A stretch of DNA of 64,000 bases. It comes from Gammaproteobacteria bacterium (GTDB lineage: Bacteria; Pseudomonadota; Gammaproteobacteria; GCA-001735895). Position 1 is the stretch's first letter. Every line of letters starts with the position of its first letter. Below the pieces are notes generated by a model. The model was not told the origin of the DNA. It saw only the letters and a list, made by a program, of their open reading frames with translations, and searched no databases. Positions 1 through 8,836 of the stretch are shown here, piece by piece. Where the stretch lies: positions 132,380-196,379 of the forward strand of contig JASJCI010000001.1 of assembly GCA_030066085.1 (NCBI GenBank). The letters are read 5' to 3'. Made by a program: the position numbers and the translations under genes.

Positions 1-179
1 AGCGAAGCCATCTGCACCGACATGCGCCTTTCCTGGTCGCTGGCGGCGGCAAAACGATCGGGATGATAGGTCGACTGGAGGCGCTGTTGGGCACGCTGCA
101 GGTCAACCGAATCGATATCGAAAATCGCCTGCAGGCCGAACAACTCGAAGTAATTCTGGCTAGGATCCGGGGTTTGCAT
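1..179 (-). CDS. hscB: Fe-S co-chaperone HscB, 5' part (runs off window)
   Basis: Own translation from ATG at 179: MQTPDPSQNYFELFGLQAIFDIDSVDLQRAQQRLQSTYHPDRFAAASDQERRMSVQMAS. J-domain NYFELFGL and HPD motifs; lies directly after iscA. Confidence 0.93.
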   Translation of the reverse strand, partial: MQTPDPSQNYFELFGLQAIFDIDSVDLQRAQQRLQSTYHPDRFAAASDQERRMSVQMAS

Positions 180-188
180 CGACAGTGA

Positions 189-512
189 TCAGACGGTAAA
201 ACTCTCGCCGCAGCCGCAGGCGTCCTTGGCATTCGGGTTACGGAACTGGAATCCTTCCTGCAGGCCAACCTTGGCAAAGTCTACCTCGGTGCCGTCGAGA
301 TAGACGAGGCTCTTGCGATCGACGATCACCTTGATGCCGCGCGATTCGAAAACTTCGTCGTCGTCGTTGACCTCGTCGACGAATTCGAGCACGTAGGCCA
401 GCCCGGAGCAGCCCGTGGTCTTGACCCCGAGACGCAACCCGACTCCCTTGCCCCGGTTTGCAAGAAAGTGTTGTACGCGTTCCGCCGCGACCTGGCTGAG
501 TTCAATTCCCAT
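189..512 (-). CDS. iscA: Iron-sulfur cluster assembly A-type carrier IscA
   Basis: TTGCSGLAY and C-terminal CGCGESF motifs; 107 aa. Confidence 0.96.
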   Translation of the reverse strand: MGIELSQVAAERVQHFLANRGKGVGLRLGVKTTGCSGLAYVLEFVDEVNDDDEVFESRGIKVIVDRKSLVYLDGTEVDFAKVGLQEGFQFRNPNAKDACGCGESFTV

Positions 513-523
513 CGAGATAGTCT

Positions 524-1672
524 CTATCCGGCCGCACGGCGCATGACCGCCGGCAACCTGTTAATCAAATCGTGCAGTTTCGACAGCAGTTGTTCGACAT
601 CGTCGAGACTGTTGTCCATGCCGAAGCTCGCACGCACCGCGTTCAGCGCGAGACCGTCGTCTACACCCATCGCCTTGAGCACGTGACTCGGGCTGGTGAC
701 TTCGCTGTGGCAGGCCGAGCCGCTGGAGAGGGCAAACCCGGCGCGATCGAGCTCCATCAGCAGCGTTTCGCCGTGATAGTACGGTACCGCAAAATAAGTC
801 GTGTTCGGCAGCCGGGGCGCTCCCGCGCCAAATACGACGCTGCCGGGTATATCGGCGAGGCCAGCTTCGAAGGCGTCTCGCAGCTCCTTCATGTGGCGCT
901 CGCGCGCGCCCATTTCAAGCCTTGCGAGCTGGGCTGCCTTGCCGAGACCGACGATCAGCGCGACATTTTCGGTACCCGCCCGGCGCTGTTTCTCCTGCTC
1001 GCCACCGGCGATCAATGCCCGCCGCGGTTTGGACCGCGTAACCAGCGCCCCGATACCCTGCGGCCCGCGCATCTTGTGCGCGGAGAAACTGATCGCGTCG
1101 ACATCGGTCTGCGCCAGGTCCAGCGGCAGCTTGCCGACCACCTGGGTTGCGTCGCTGTGTAGCAGGCAGCGCTCGCGTTCGACCATGGTCGCCAGGGTAT
1201 CGACCGGCTGCATTACGCCGGTTTCGTTGTTGGCCAACTGCACGGTCATCATCTGCGGATCGGCCGCGGCCAGCACTGTCGCCGAGGCATCGAGATCAAC
1301 CCGGCCATCACTGTTTATCGGCAGCCAGACTACGTTTCTGCCCTCGGCTTCGAGCTGATGCAGGGGCTCGATCACGCTGGGATGCTCGGTAGCGGCGCTG
1401 ACTACCGGTCGATCGGACCGGTAGTCGAGAAACCCCTTGATGAACATGTTGTTGGCCTCGCTGCCGCCCGAGGTGAATATGATCATCTCGGGTGTACAGT
1501 TCAGCAGTTCGGCAACCTCGGCGCGCGCCGACTCGATCGCCGATCGAGCCATGCGGCCAAAGCTGTGCAGGCTGGAAGGATTAGCCGGCGGTTGCTGCAA
1601 AAACGGCATGATGGCCGCGGCAACCTCAGGGTGCATCGGTGACGTGGCGTTGTGGTCGAGATAAATCGCCAT
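524..1672 (-). CDS. iscS: Group I cysteine desulfurase (NifS/IscS-like, short form)
   Basis: [22 protein letters not shown] lysine in SAHKMRGP, catalytic SSGSAC; 382 aa, with no recognisable SPLW-type IscS C-terminal tail. Confidence 0.88.
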   Translation of the reverse strand: MAIYLDHNATSPMHPEVAAAIMPFLQQPPANPSSLHSFGRMARSAIESARAEVAELLNCTPEMIIFTSGGSEANNMFIKGFLDYRSDRPVVSAATEHPSVIEPLHQLEAEGRNVVWLPINSDGRVDLDASATVLAAADPQMMTVQLANNETGVMQPVDTLATMVERERCLLHSDATQVVGKLPLDLAQTDVDAISFSAHKMRGPQGIGALVTRSKPRRALIAGGEQEKQRRAGTENVALIVGLGKAAQLARLEMGARERHMKELRDAFEAGLADIPGSVVFGAGAPRLPNTTYFAVPYYHGETLLMELDRAGFALSSGSACHSEVTSPSHVLKAMGVDDGLALNAVRASFGMDNSLDDVEQLLSKLHDLINRLPAVMRRAAG

Positions 1673-1679
1673 GGCGAAA

Positions 1680-2135
1680 CTAGAGGATCGACGACTTCTG
1701 GCGCAAATCGTGCGCGCGCGATATCTCGCGCACCTCGTCCTTGGCGATCATGTCCGCCAGTGAAATCGTGGTCAGGAAGTTCTCGATCTCGGCACTCAAC
1801 TCTTCCCAAAGCTGCTCGGTCAGGCAGGGTTCGTAGCCGCCGCCGGACCCGTTGCCGCGACGCTCATCGACCCGGACCACTTCGTCGACGGCATTGATCA
1901 CGTCGGCAATACAGACCCGGTCGGGGCTGTTACCGAGGCTGTATCCGCCACCGGGCCCGCGCGTGCTCACGACCAGCTTGTTGCGTCGCATCTTGGCGAA
2001 CAATTGCTCGAGATAAGACAGGGAAATACCTTGCCGCACCGAGATATCGGCGAGGGAGACAGGACCCTGGTCGGAATGCATGACCAGGTCGAGCAGTGAA
2101 GTCACTGCGTAACGGCTTTTGGTGGATAATCGCAT
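1680..2135 (-). CDS. iscR: Rrf2-family regulator IscR (degenerate cluster-ligand set)
   Basis: MRLSTKSRYAV...ISLSYLEQLF...RGPGGGY, collinear with E. coli IscR; first gene of the isc operon. Confidence 0.9.
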   Translation of the reverse strand: MRLSTKSRYAVTSLLDLVMHSDQGPVSLADISVRQGISLSYLEQLFAKMRRNKLVVSTRGPGGGYSLGNSPDRVCIADVINAVDEVVRVDERRGNGSGGGYEPCLTEQLWEELSAEIENFLTTISLADMIAKDEVREISRAHDLRQKSSIL

Positions 2136-2171
2136 CGTTGAAGGCGTCAGTGTTTGACCGCGTCAGTATAC

Positions 2172-2196
2172 AATCCTGACTAAAATGGTCAACTAT
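2172..2196 (-). promoter_or_regulatory. Type-1 IscR-binding site overlapping the iscR promoter
   Basis: Minus strand reads ATAGTTGACCATTTTAGTCAGGATT, close to the type-1 consensus ATASYYGACTRWWWYAGTCRRSTAT. It includes a TTGACC -35-like hexamer followed by TATACT. Confidence 0.8.
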
Positions 2197-3491
2197 TATC
2201 GAGCCAGTTTGACCGTAACCCCTGTGCCCTGTCCCGGGACGCTGTCGATGTGCATTTCGCCGCCGTGCGCGACGACGATGAGGTGACACAGGTAAAGCCC
2301 GAGCCCGTAGCCACCGGTGTCGCGCTGGCGCGCGCTGTCCGGACGGTAAAAAGCCTCGGTCAGGCGCGGAATCTCGTCGGCTTCGACACCGATGCCGGCA
2401 TCGGTGACGGTAATCACGAGCTGTTGCTGCAAGGCCTGCAGGCCGACTTCGATTGGCCCATCCTCGGGGCTGGAATAACGACCGGCGTTGTCGAGCAGGT
2501 TCTTCAGCAGCAGGCGCAGGCGCAGGTTGTCCACCTCGGCCTCGACGGGTGCAAGCTTGGCCACGATACGATCCCTGCAGGCGTGGTCCGCGATCACCGA
2601 TTCGATCAGCTCATGCACGGCACAGCGGCTCTTGTTGAGCGGAGCATGGCGGTCGCCAAGCCGTTCCGACTCGAGGATCGCGCCCACCAGCGCCTCCATT
2701 TCCCGCAGGTCCTCGATCAACTGTTGCTGCGTTTCGCCGGGTTCGAGCAATTCGAGGTTTACCCGCATTCGCGTCAGGGGGGAACGCAGCTCGTGGCTGA
2801 TCGCAAGCAGCAAACCCGACTTGGCATCGAGCATCGAGCGAATCCGTTCCGACATGCGATTAACGCCGCCGGCCAGCAACGCCAGTTCACGGCTACCGCT
2901 TTCATCCAGCCTTTGCTCGAGATCACCGTCGCCGATCTTGTCGACCTGTTCCGAGATCGCCGCAATGGGACGAAACAGGCGACGAATGGCCAGGTACAAC
3001 AGCAGCAGCGCCCCGCCGAGAACGACGAACAGCACCCAGAATCGCTGCCGGGATCCACGGTTGAAACGCTCGTCCAGCGTGAACAGGTAGCGATAGCTCC
3101 CGCGCTCGACCAGCAACAGCTCATCCCGCCGGTGATGGCCGATGAAAACCCCGTCATACGGCGGCGGGGCTGGCCGCAGGCGATAGCTGTACACGGGGCG
3201 CAGACGCGGGGTCGACGACCAGTCCACGCCCGGGCCCTCCACTCTTATTTCGAATGGCAGGCTGGCGGCCAGGTTGGCCGCGGTATCGAGGTCCGGCGGC
3301 GTGCCGATATCGGCAATGATGTAATCGATGTATCGCTCGACGTTGGGCAGAATATCGCTGCGGAAATGCGGTTGAAAGCGATAGGCGAAACTGGCGGCCA
3401 GGAGCAGGCCGATCGCCAGCATCGAGAGCAGGAAATAAAACAGCAGCCTGAAGACCAGGCTTTGCCAGCGCCTGCGCAGAAAATTCAGCAT
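2196..3491 (-). CDS. HAMP-domain sensor histidine kinase (CpxA/RstB-like)
   Basis: Two TM segments, H-box ISHELRSPLTR, N-box NLLDNA, G-boxes DAGIG and GYGLGL. Confidence 0.93.
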   Translation of the reverse strand: MLNFLRRRWQSLVFRLLFYFLLSMLAIGLLLAASFAYRFQPHFRSDILPNVERYIDYIIADIGTPPDLDTAANLAASLPFEIRVEGPGVDWSSTPRLRPVYSYRLRPAPPPYDGVFIGHHRRDELLLVERGSYRYLFTLDERFNRGSRQRFWVLFVVLGGALLLLYLAIRRLFRPIAAISEQVDKIGDGDLEQRLDESGSRELALLAGGVNRMSERIRSMLDAKSGLLLAISHELRSPLTRMRVNLELLEPGETQQQLIEDLREMEALVGAILESERLGDRHAPLNKSRCAVHELIESVIADHACRDRIVAKLAPVEAEVDNLRLRLLLKNLLDNAGRYSSPEDGPIEVGLQALQQQLVITVTDAGIGVEADEIPRLTEAFYRPDSARQRDTGGYGLGLYLCHLIVVAHGGEMHIDSVPGQGTGVTVKLAR

Positions 3492-4156
3492 CAGCGGTCT
3501 ACGAACTGGTAGCCGTGGCCGCGCACGGTGCGGATGATCTCGGGTCGTTCGAGCTTGTGTCGCAGGCGACTGACGAGTACGTCGATCGCGCGGCTATAGA
3601 TGTCGGCATCGACGCCACGCAGCGCCAGCATGATGTCGTCGCGCGACAACACCCGGTCACGGTTGCTAACCAGTAAATCCAGCAGGCCGAACTCGGCCGC
3701 GGTCAGCGGCAGCGGCTGGCCGGAGCGGGTCAACACCTTCTTTTTCCGGTCGAGCAGGAATTCGCCGATTTCGACAGCCTCGCCGTCGCCGGACTGGCGG
3801 CTGCGGCGGAAGATATTCTGGATACGCGCCACCAGTTCGCGTGGTTCGAAAGGCTTGGGCAGATAATCGTCGGCACCGAGTTCGAGACCAACGACCCGAT
3901 CCATGACTTCACCGCGGGCGGTCAGCATCACGATCGGAACATCGCTGAACTGGCGTATGCGTCGACAGGTTTCGAAACCGTCGATCCCGGGCAACATGAC
4001 GTCGAGAATGAGCAGGTCGAAGCTATCCCGGCGGATCCGCTCGATAGCCTCCAGCGGTCGTGTTTCAGCCTCGAGTGCCAGGTCGAAACGCGTGAAGTAT
4101 TGTTGCAGCGCTTCGGCCAGGCGTTCGTCATCGTCGATGATCAGGATTTTATGCAT
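3491..4156 (-). CDS. OmpR-family response regulator (CpxR-like)
   Basis: Likely start MHKILIIDDD at 4156; LDVMLPG receiver, GADDYLPKPF, TVRGHGY winged helix; overlaps the kinase start by 1 nt. Confidence 0.93.
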   Translation of the reverse strand: MHKILIIDDDERLAEALQQYFTRFDLALEAETRPLEAIERIRRDSFDLLILDVMLPGIDGFETCRRIRQFSDVPIVMLTARGEVMDRVVGLELGADDYLPKPFEPRELVARIQNIFRRSRQSGDGEAVEIGEFLLDRKKKVLTRSGQPLPLTAAEFGLLDLLVSNRDRVLSRDDIMLALRGVDADIYSRAIDVLVSRLRHKLERPEIIRTVRGHGYQFVDR

Positions 4157-4233
4157 CAGCCGGGGCCAGTCAGGCGGAACCCTATTGTACCGCGCGGCCT
4201 CCGCCAGGGAAGCCGCGCGGCGCTTGCACACGC

Positions 4234-4707
4234 TTACTGCGAACCGGCGTGACTGCCGTGCCGGTGGCGGTAGTGTTGCCGACGATGCTCGATAAATTCA
4301 CCCAGCTCCTGCTTCTGTCCGGGTTGCAGCGAATCGAGGAAAAGCGCGAGCGAAGCGATTACCTCGGGAGCCTTGTCGTCCAGCATGCGGGTTTTTTCGC
4401 GCACCATCTGCAGTGCCAGCGCCTGGTCGAATACGGGTGCAGTCAGCATTTGCTCGACCTCGGCCAGCTGTTCGGCCTTGCTGGCACGGGCATCGATGAC
4501 AATTTGCGCCACGAGTTCGGCAAGGGCAGCAAAATTCTGCCGCTGCAAATCGTCGAGTTCGAGATGTTTGCTTACCCGCTCGGTGGCAAACTCGACCTTT
4601 TCCGCTGGCGTCATGTGCCAGTGGCCGTGCTTGGCGAAGGCATAGGCAGCTCCGGTGCTGCCGATAATCAGGACGGTTGCTGCGATCAGGGTTCGGGATG
4701 TTTTCAT
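4234..4707 (-). CDS. Spy/CpxP-like periplasmic protein
   Basis: Signal peptide, LTxxQ-like repeats (LELDDLQ, SLQPGQK), His-rich ends; lies upstream of the two-component pair. Confidence 0.7.
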   Translation of the reverse strand: MKTSRTLIAATVLIIGSTGAAYAFAKHGHWHMTPAEKVEFATERVSKHLELDDLQRQNFAALAELVAQIVIDARASKAEQLAEVEQMLTAPVFDQALALQMVREKTRMLDDKAPEVIASLALFLDSLQPGQKQELGEFIEHRRQHYRHRHGSHAGSQ

Positions 4708-4757
4708 GGCCTTGTCTCCGTTGAGTGATTGACGAAGACCAGTGTATGCAGCCGCCC

Positions 4758-4803
4758 GTTACCAAGCCTCTCGGGCCGGTAACGATTTGTAACACAATGT
4801 AAC
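4758..4803. promoter_or_regulatory. OmpR/CpxR-type tandem operator
   Basis: GTAAC at 4779, 4789 and 4799 (10-bp period) plus an inverted GTTAC at 4758; resembles the CpxR GTAAA-N5-GTAAA box. Confidence 0.7.
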
Positions 4804-4823
4804 GCTGCCGCGAGCGGCGCGTA

Positions 4824-5549
4824 TCACCGCTCGAGCCGTCGATCGAACGCGCTCAGGGTGCCACGCAGGATGTTGATTTCATTGCGGGTCAGGTCCGAAC
4901 GCAGGTAAAGCCTGCGCAGGCGCTGCATGATCTGCCCCGGCTTTTGCGGATCGAGGAAACCGCTGCGCTCCAGGTTCTGCTGGAGGTGGCTAAAAAAAGA
5001 CTCGACCTCCGCGCTGTTTGCGCGCGGCTCCTGTGGTTCGGCCTCCTCCACGGGATTACTCGCGTGCTGGTGAGCGAAAATCTGGTAACACAGGATTTGA
5101 ATGGCCGCGGCGACATTGAGCGAGCCGAACTCGGGATTGGTCGGGATAACCACCATGCGATTGCAAAGCTGCAGCTCGTCATTGCTGAGACCGGAATGCT
5201 CCGGGCCGAATACGATTGCCGCGCGCGAGCCGGCAGCCTGCTGCTGCAACCATTCGGCTATGCCGCGGGGATCGCTTTCGGGCCAGCTCAGCGAGCGGCG
5301 GCGGGCCGAGGTTGCAACAACGCAGTTACAGTCGGCGATGGCATCGGCCAGCCCGTCGTGGAACTGGCAATCGTCGAGAATATGATCGGCCCCGGAAGCG
5401 CGCGCATAGGCCACGGCATCGATATCACATTGTGGATCGACCAGCGCCAGTCGGCTGAAACACATCGTGTGCATGGCGCGGGCCGCCGCACCGATGTTGC
5501 CGGGATGGGTTGTGCCCACCATGACGATCTTGATCTCCTGCGTCAACAT
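4824..5549 (-). CDS. trmJ: tRNA (cytidine/uridine-2'-O)-methyltransferase TrmJ
   Basis: HPGNIGAAARAM, FGPEHSGLSN and SLNVAAA SPOUT motifs; divergent from suhB. Confidence 0.92.
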   Translation of the reverse strand: MLTQEIKIVMVGTTHPGNIGAAARAMHTMCFSRLALVDPQCDIDAVAYARASGADHILDDCQFHDGLADAIADCNCVVATSARRRSLSWPESDPRGIAEWLQQQAAGSRAAIVFGPEHSGLSNDELQLCNRMVVIPTNPEFGSLNVAAAIQILCYQIFAHQHASNPVEEAEPQEPRANSAEVESFFSHLQQNLERSGFLDPQKPGQIMQRLRRLYLRSDLTRNEINILRGTLSAFDRRLER

Positions 5550-5638
5550 TTTGCCGTGCCTCCTGGTTATCCACGCCGCTGGTTTCCGCGTCCCCCGTTT
5601 GCTAGACTGCGCGCCGTTTCCAGCTGCCGGTCCCGCCC

Positions 5639-6424
5639 ATGCAAGCCATGCTCAACATCGCGATACGCGCGGCCCGACAGGCGGGGGATTTTATTCTGCG
5701 CAAGGTCAACAAGCTACCCGACTTGCAGATCGAAGTAAAAGCGCGCAACGACTATGTCAGTGAAGTCGACCGTGGGGCCGAGGCACGCATCATCGAAGCC
5801 CTGCTGAAGGCCTACCCGCAGCACGGTATCCTGGCCGAGGAAGGCGGTGCCCACGAAGGTGACGGCGAGTACCGCTGGATCATCGATCCTCTCGACGGCA
5901 CTACCAACTTCCTGCACGGATTTCCGCACTACGCGGTATCGATTGCCTGTGAACAGCACGGGAAACTGCTGCATGGCGTCGTCTACGATCCGTTCAAGCA
6001 GGAGCTGTTCGCGGCCAGCCGCGGCGACGGCGCCACCCTTAACAACCGCAAGATCAGGGTCGGCAAGGCCAGGTCGCTTCAGGGCACCCTGCTGGCAACC
6101 GGTTTCCCGTTCCGTAATCGCGATCAGCTCGACAGTTTTCAGCGCCTGTTTGCTGCCTTCTACGACGATGTCAGCGATATCCGCCGCGCAGGCTCGGCAG
6201 CGCTGGACCTGTGTTACGTTGCAGCCGGCCGACTGGATGGTTACTGGGAGTCAGGCCTCAGTGCCTGGGATCTCGCCGCCGGGGCGCTGATCGTGCGCGA
6301 AGCGGGCGGGCTGGTTACCGACTACGCAGGCGATGAAAACTTTCTCGAGAAAGGCGAAGTCGTGGCGGCGAACCCGAAAGTCCTGGCCGAGATGCTGCGC
6401 CAGATTCATCGTAACCGAACCTGA
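5639..6424 (+). CDS. suhB: Inositol-1-monophosphatase / Nus factor SuhB
   Basis: WIIDPLDGTTNF, RRAGSAALDL, WDLAAG motifs. Confidence 0.95.
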   Translation: MQAMLNIAIRAARQAGDFILRKVNKLPDLQIEVKARNDYVSEVDRGAEARIIEALLKAYPQHGILAEEGGAHEGDGEYRWIIDPLDGTTNFLHGFPHYAVSIACEQHGKLLHGVVYDPFKQELFAASRGDGATLNNRKIRVGKARSLQGTLLATGFPFRNRDQLDSFQRLFAAFYDDVSDIRRAGSAALDLCYVAAGRLDGYWESGLSAWDLAAGALIVREAGGLVTDYAGDENFLEKGEVVAANPKVLAEMLRQIHRNRT

Positions 6425-6449
6425 CAACGATCGGACAGGTTCAGACCAC

Positions 6450-7049
6450 CTAGCGGTAGTTTCGCAGCTGGCCCACCAGCACGCCGTGGATCGTGACCCT
6501 CTCGGCGGGGTAAATCATCGGTTCCATCTCCGGGTTTTCCGGGATCAGGGCGACCTGGTCGTCACCCCGGCGCTTGAAACGCTTGAGTGTTGCCTCGGTG
6601 CGATCGACCATCGCGACGACGATATCACCGTCGCGGGCTACCGGCTGCTTGCGAATGATAACGTAGTCCTCATCGAGAATTCCGGCATCGACCATCGAAT
6701 CCCCGGTCACTCGCAGCGCAAACAACTCCGGCCCCATGAACATTTCGGCGAGGTTCAGTTCCTGCTGGTCCTCGATCGCCTCGATCGGCATACCGGCGGC
6801 GATCCGTCCGGCCAGCGGTATGGTCGGCGGACTGACCAGTGGCAGCTCCACCAGGCTCATGCCGCGCGAATTGTTCTTGATACGGTTAATGTAGCCCTTG
6901 TCTTCGAGCGATTGCACGTACCGATGTATGGTCCCGTGCGATGCCACGCCGATTGCCATGCCGATCTCCCTGAACTTGGGGGCATAGCCGTGCTGGGCGA
7001 TATAGTTGCGGATGAACTGGAGTGTCTTGTGTTCCTGCGAAGTCAGCAT
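6450..7049 (-). CDS. lexA: SOS repressor LexA
   Basis: N-terminal wHTH; AAG cleavage site (GRIAAGMP); catalytic Ser in GDSM and Lys in TLKRF. Confidence 0.93.
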   Translation of the reverse strand: MLTSQEHKTLQFIRNYIAQHGYAPKFREIGMAIGVASHGTIHRYVQSLEDKGYINRIKNNSRGMSLVELPLVSPPTIPLAGRIAAGMPIEAIEDQQELNLAEMFMGPELFALRVTGDSMVDAGILDEDYVIIRKQPVARDGDIVVAMVDRTEATLKRFKRRGDDQVALIPENPEMEPMIYPAERVTIHGVLVGQLRNYR

Positions 7050-7061
7050 GATGCGGCCCGT

Positions 7062-7111
7062 CTTCTCATTTTATTCTCATCGAGCATAGAGAAAAAAACG
7101 AGAACATGCAA
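7062..7111 (-). promoter_or_regulatory. lexA sigma70 promoter with two GTTC-N7-GTTC-like boxes
   Basis: Minus strand TTGCAT (7111-7106), 17-nt spacer, TATGCT (7088-7083). On the + strand: GAAA-N7-GAAC at 7091-7105 and CTTC-N7-ATTC at 7062-7076. Confidence 0.65.
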
Positions 7112-7124
7112 GCCATGATCAGCG

Positions 7125-7673
7125 TCAGGCGACAATCGACGAATCGATTAAACGATTCTTCTTCATGAATTCGCGCACCTCGTTGTACCACTCGTGGGTG
7201 TCCACCAGCGTCGTGGTGTCATCGCCCGAGAGATTCTCCACCGGGCGCGGGCGCAACCAGTTCTTGGGGCCCGATCTGATCGTCGCGAATTCATCCATCA
7301 GGAACAGTCCGCCTCGCTGCCGCGCGCTACCGCGATGAAACAGCTGGTGCCCGCGCCAGATCGAAACCGTCGCTGCCATCAGCTGGTCCGAGTCGGTAAT
7401 ACGACATTCGCTGTAGCCGCCCTTGGCTTTCTTCATGCCCAGGTCGTCCTGCAGGAACTGTTCTTCCGGGTCGCCGAACAGACGCATGTTGATCGCCACC
7501 GCGCTGCTCCACTGGAACTGGAACATGATGAAACGGCGCTCGTCGTCCGGTGTCCACCAGCCGTCCCTGCGGGTAAACACCATGCCGGGTTCTAGACTGT
7601 ACGCATATTTCACCAGGGCCTTGCCGTAAATGGTCAAATGCTCCAGCTGCTGTACTTCATCGAATATGCTCAT
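7125..7673 (-). CDS. Hypothetical protein (possible DUF5655/YjbR-like fold)
   Basis: 182-aa ORF co-oriented with lexA; the segment YSECRITDSDQLMAATVSIW resembles DUF5655-type C-termini (weak). Confidence 0.6.
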   Translation of the reverse strand: MSIFDEVQQLEHLTIYGKALVKYAYSLEPGMVFTRRDGWWTPDDERRFIMFQFQWSSAVAINMRLFGDPEEQFLQDDLGMKKAKGGYSECRITDSDQLMAATVSIWRGHQLFHRGSARQRGGLFLMDEFATIRSGPKNWLRPRPVENLSGDDTTTLVDTHEWYNEVREFMKKNRLIDSSIVA

Positions 7674-7694
7674 TGATATGTCCTGGAATTCGTT

Positions 7695-8096
7695 TTAGTC
7701 GCGAAATTTTTCCGCCTTCTTGAATTCGACGTCCTGTGGTCTTTTGATCTGCAGCATTATCCATGCGTTCGAAATCTTGTTGCCGCGCATGGCATTGCAG
7801 ACTTTTGCCGGCGATTTATATGCCTTGTCGTTGTAATAAAAACGTCCGTCCCTGAGCGTCGCTACCTGCCATTGGTCGAAGTAACGCGTGCGTAGTTCAG
7901 TACCCGGCGGCAATTCCACCTGGTCCCAGATGTAACCGCCTTCGCGGTATCCCGGCCTGGTTTCGTGGTCTTCGGCTGTGCGGTCGAGAAAGTCACCGAT
8001 CACGTCGTCGATCGCTAGCGGATAGTCCTCCTTGTAGCGCTCGATCAGCCGCAACAACAACTCGTTGTTGAGCGGAACGTAAGTCGTGTTTTTCAT
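7695..8096 (-). CDS. Hypothetical protein with RAMA/DUF4357-like C-terminal domain
   Basis: LPPGTELR...DGRFYYNDKAYKSPAKVCNAMRG...NAW pattern; short helical N-terminus. Confidence 0.6.
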   Translation of the reverse strand: MKNTTYVPLNNELLLRLIERYKEDYPLAIDDVIGDFLDRTAEDHETRPGYREGGYIWDQVELPPGTELRTRYFDQWQVATLRDGRFYYNDKAYKSPAKVCNAMRGNKISNAWIMLQIKRPQDVEFKKAEKFRD

Positions 8097-8099
8097 GGC

Positions 8100-8135
8100 T
8101 ACTCTATTAAGTACTTTATAGTGCTTATTAGAGTA
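8100..8135. repeat. Imperfect 16-bp inverted repeat (candidate operator)
   Basis: TACTCTATTAAGTACT-TTAT-AGTGCTTATTAGAGTA, 14/16 arm match, immediately upstream of the 8096 start codon. Confidence 0.7.
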
Positions 8136-8578
8136 ACAACAATCAGATTGCGAATCAACCCTGGTTCAGGGATGCGTTTTTCAGGCTCAGGGAGGAATTC
8201 GATCCAGGGCGCGGATCCCGTGGATTCACCAGAGCAAGAGTCGATCGGGCAAACTACCCAAAGTGGGGCAGAACGCCGATGTCTGCATCGGCGACGACGT
8301 TCGAAGTCGCCCTTCTCAGGTGAGATCAGCGGGTGATTTGGTGCTCAAAGGAACCGATGTGTTACGGATTTACCCACTGACAAATAAAGAATAATCAGTA
8401 TCGGTTTTTTCAGGGGCTTTTGGGCGCGGATTCGCATTGGACGCGCTTTAGGGGTATCCCGGGATTTGATATTGTGCAGCGCAACAATCAAGGCTCTGTC
8501 TTTCGCTTCCCGTCCGACAAGAGTCCTCAACCAACAGCGACGGGAAAACACAAACCTTACAAGGGGGCATTAATAACA

Positions 8579-8824
8579 ATGCAAAATCTGACCTACTGGC
8601 AGAAAAATCTGCGCCTGATCTTCCGCTGCCTGGCGATCTGGTTCGTGGTCTCTTACGGATTCGGCCTGTTGCTGGTCGAACCGTTGAACTCGATCCGACT
8701 GGGCGGCTACAAGCTGGGATTCTGGTTCGCTCAACAGGGCTCGATCTACGTGTTCTGCGTGCTCGTTTTTTACTATGCCTGGGCGATGAACAAGCTCGAC
8801 CAGGAATTCGACGTCAAGGAATAG
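8579..8824 (+). CDS. DUF4212 small membrane protein (symporter accessory subunit)
   Basis: YWQKNLRLI...LGFWFAQQGSIYVF signature; ATG at 8579; directly before an SSS permease. Confidence 0.9.
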   Translation: MQNLTYWQKNLRLIFRCLAIWFVVSYGFGLLLVEPLNSIRLGGYKLGFWFAQQGSIYVFCVLVFYYAWAMNKLDQEFDVKE

Positions 8825-8836
8825 GAGCGTAACGAC

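Noticed and set aside
6450..8096. Prophage or integrative element with a CI-like repressor
   Set aside because: The protein has a LexA-type wHTH; no integrase, att repeats, tRNA or phage genes are nearby.
8240..8300. GGGCAAAC...hairpin resembling a c-di-GMP-I riboswitch
   Set aside because: The GNRA loop and GACGCAAAG junction are absent; only an 8-bp hairpin (8274-8293) is supportable.
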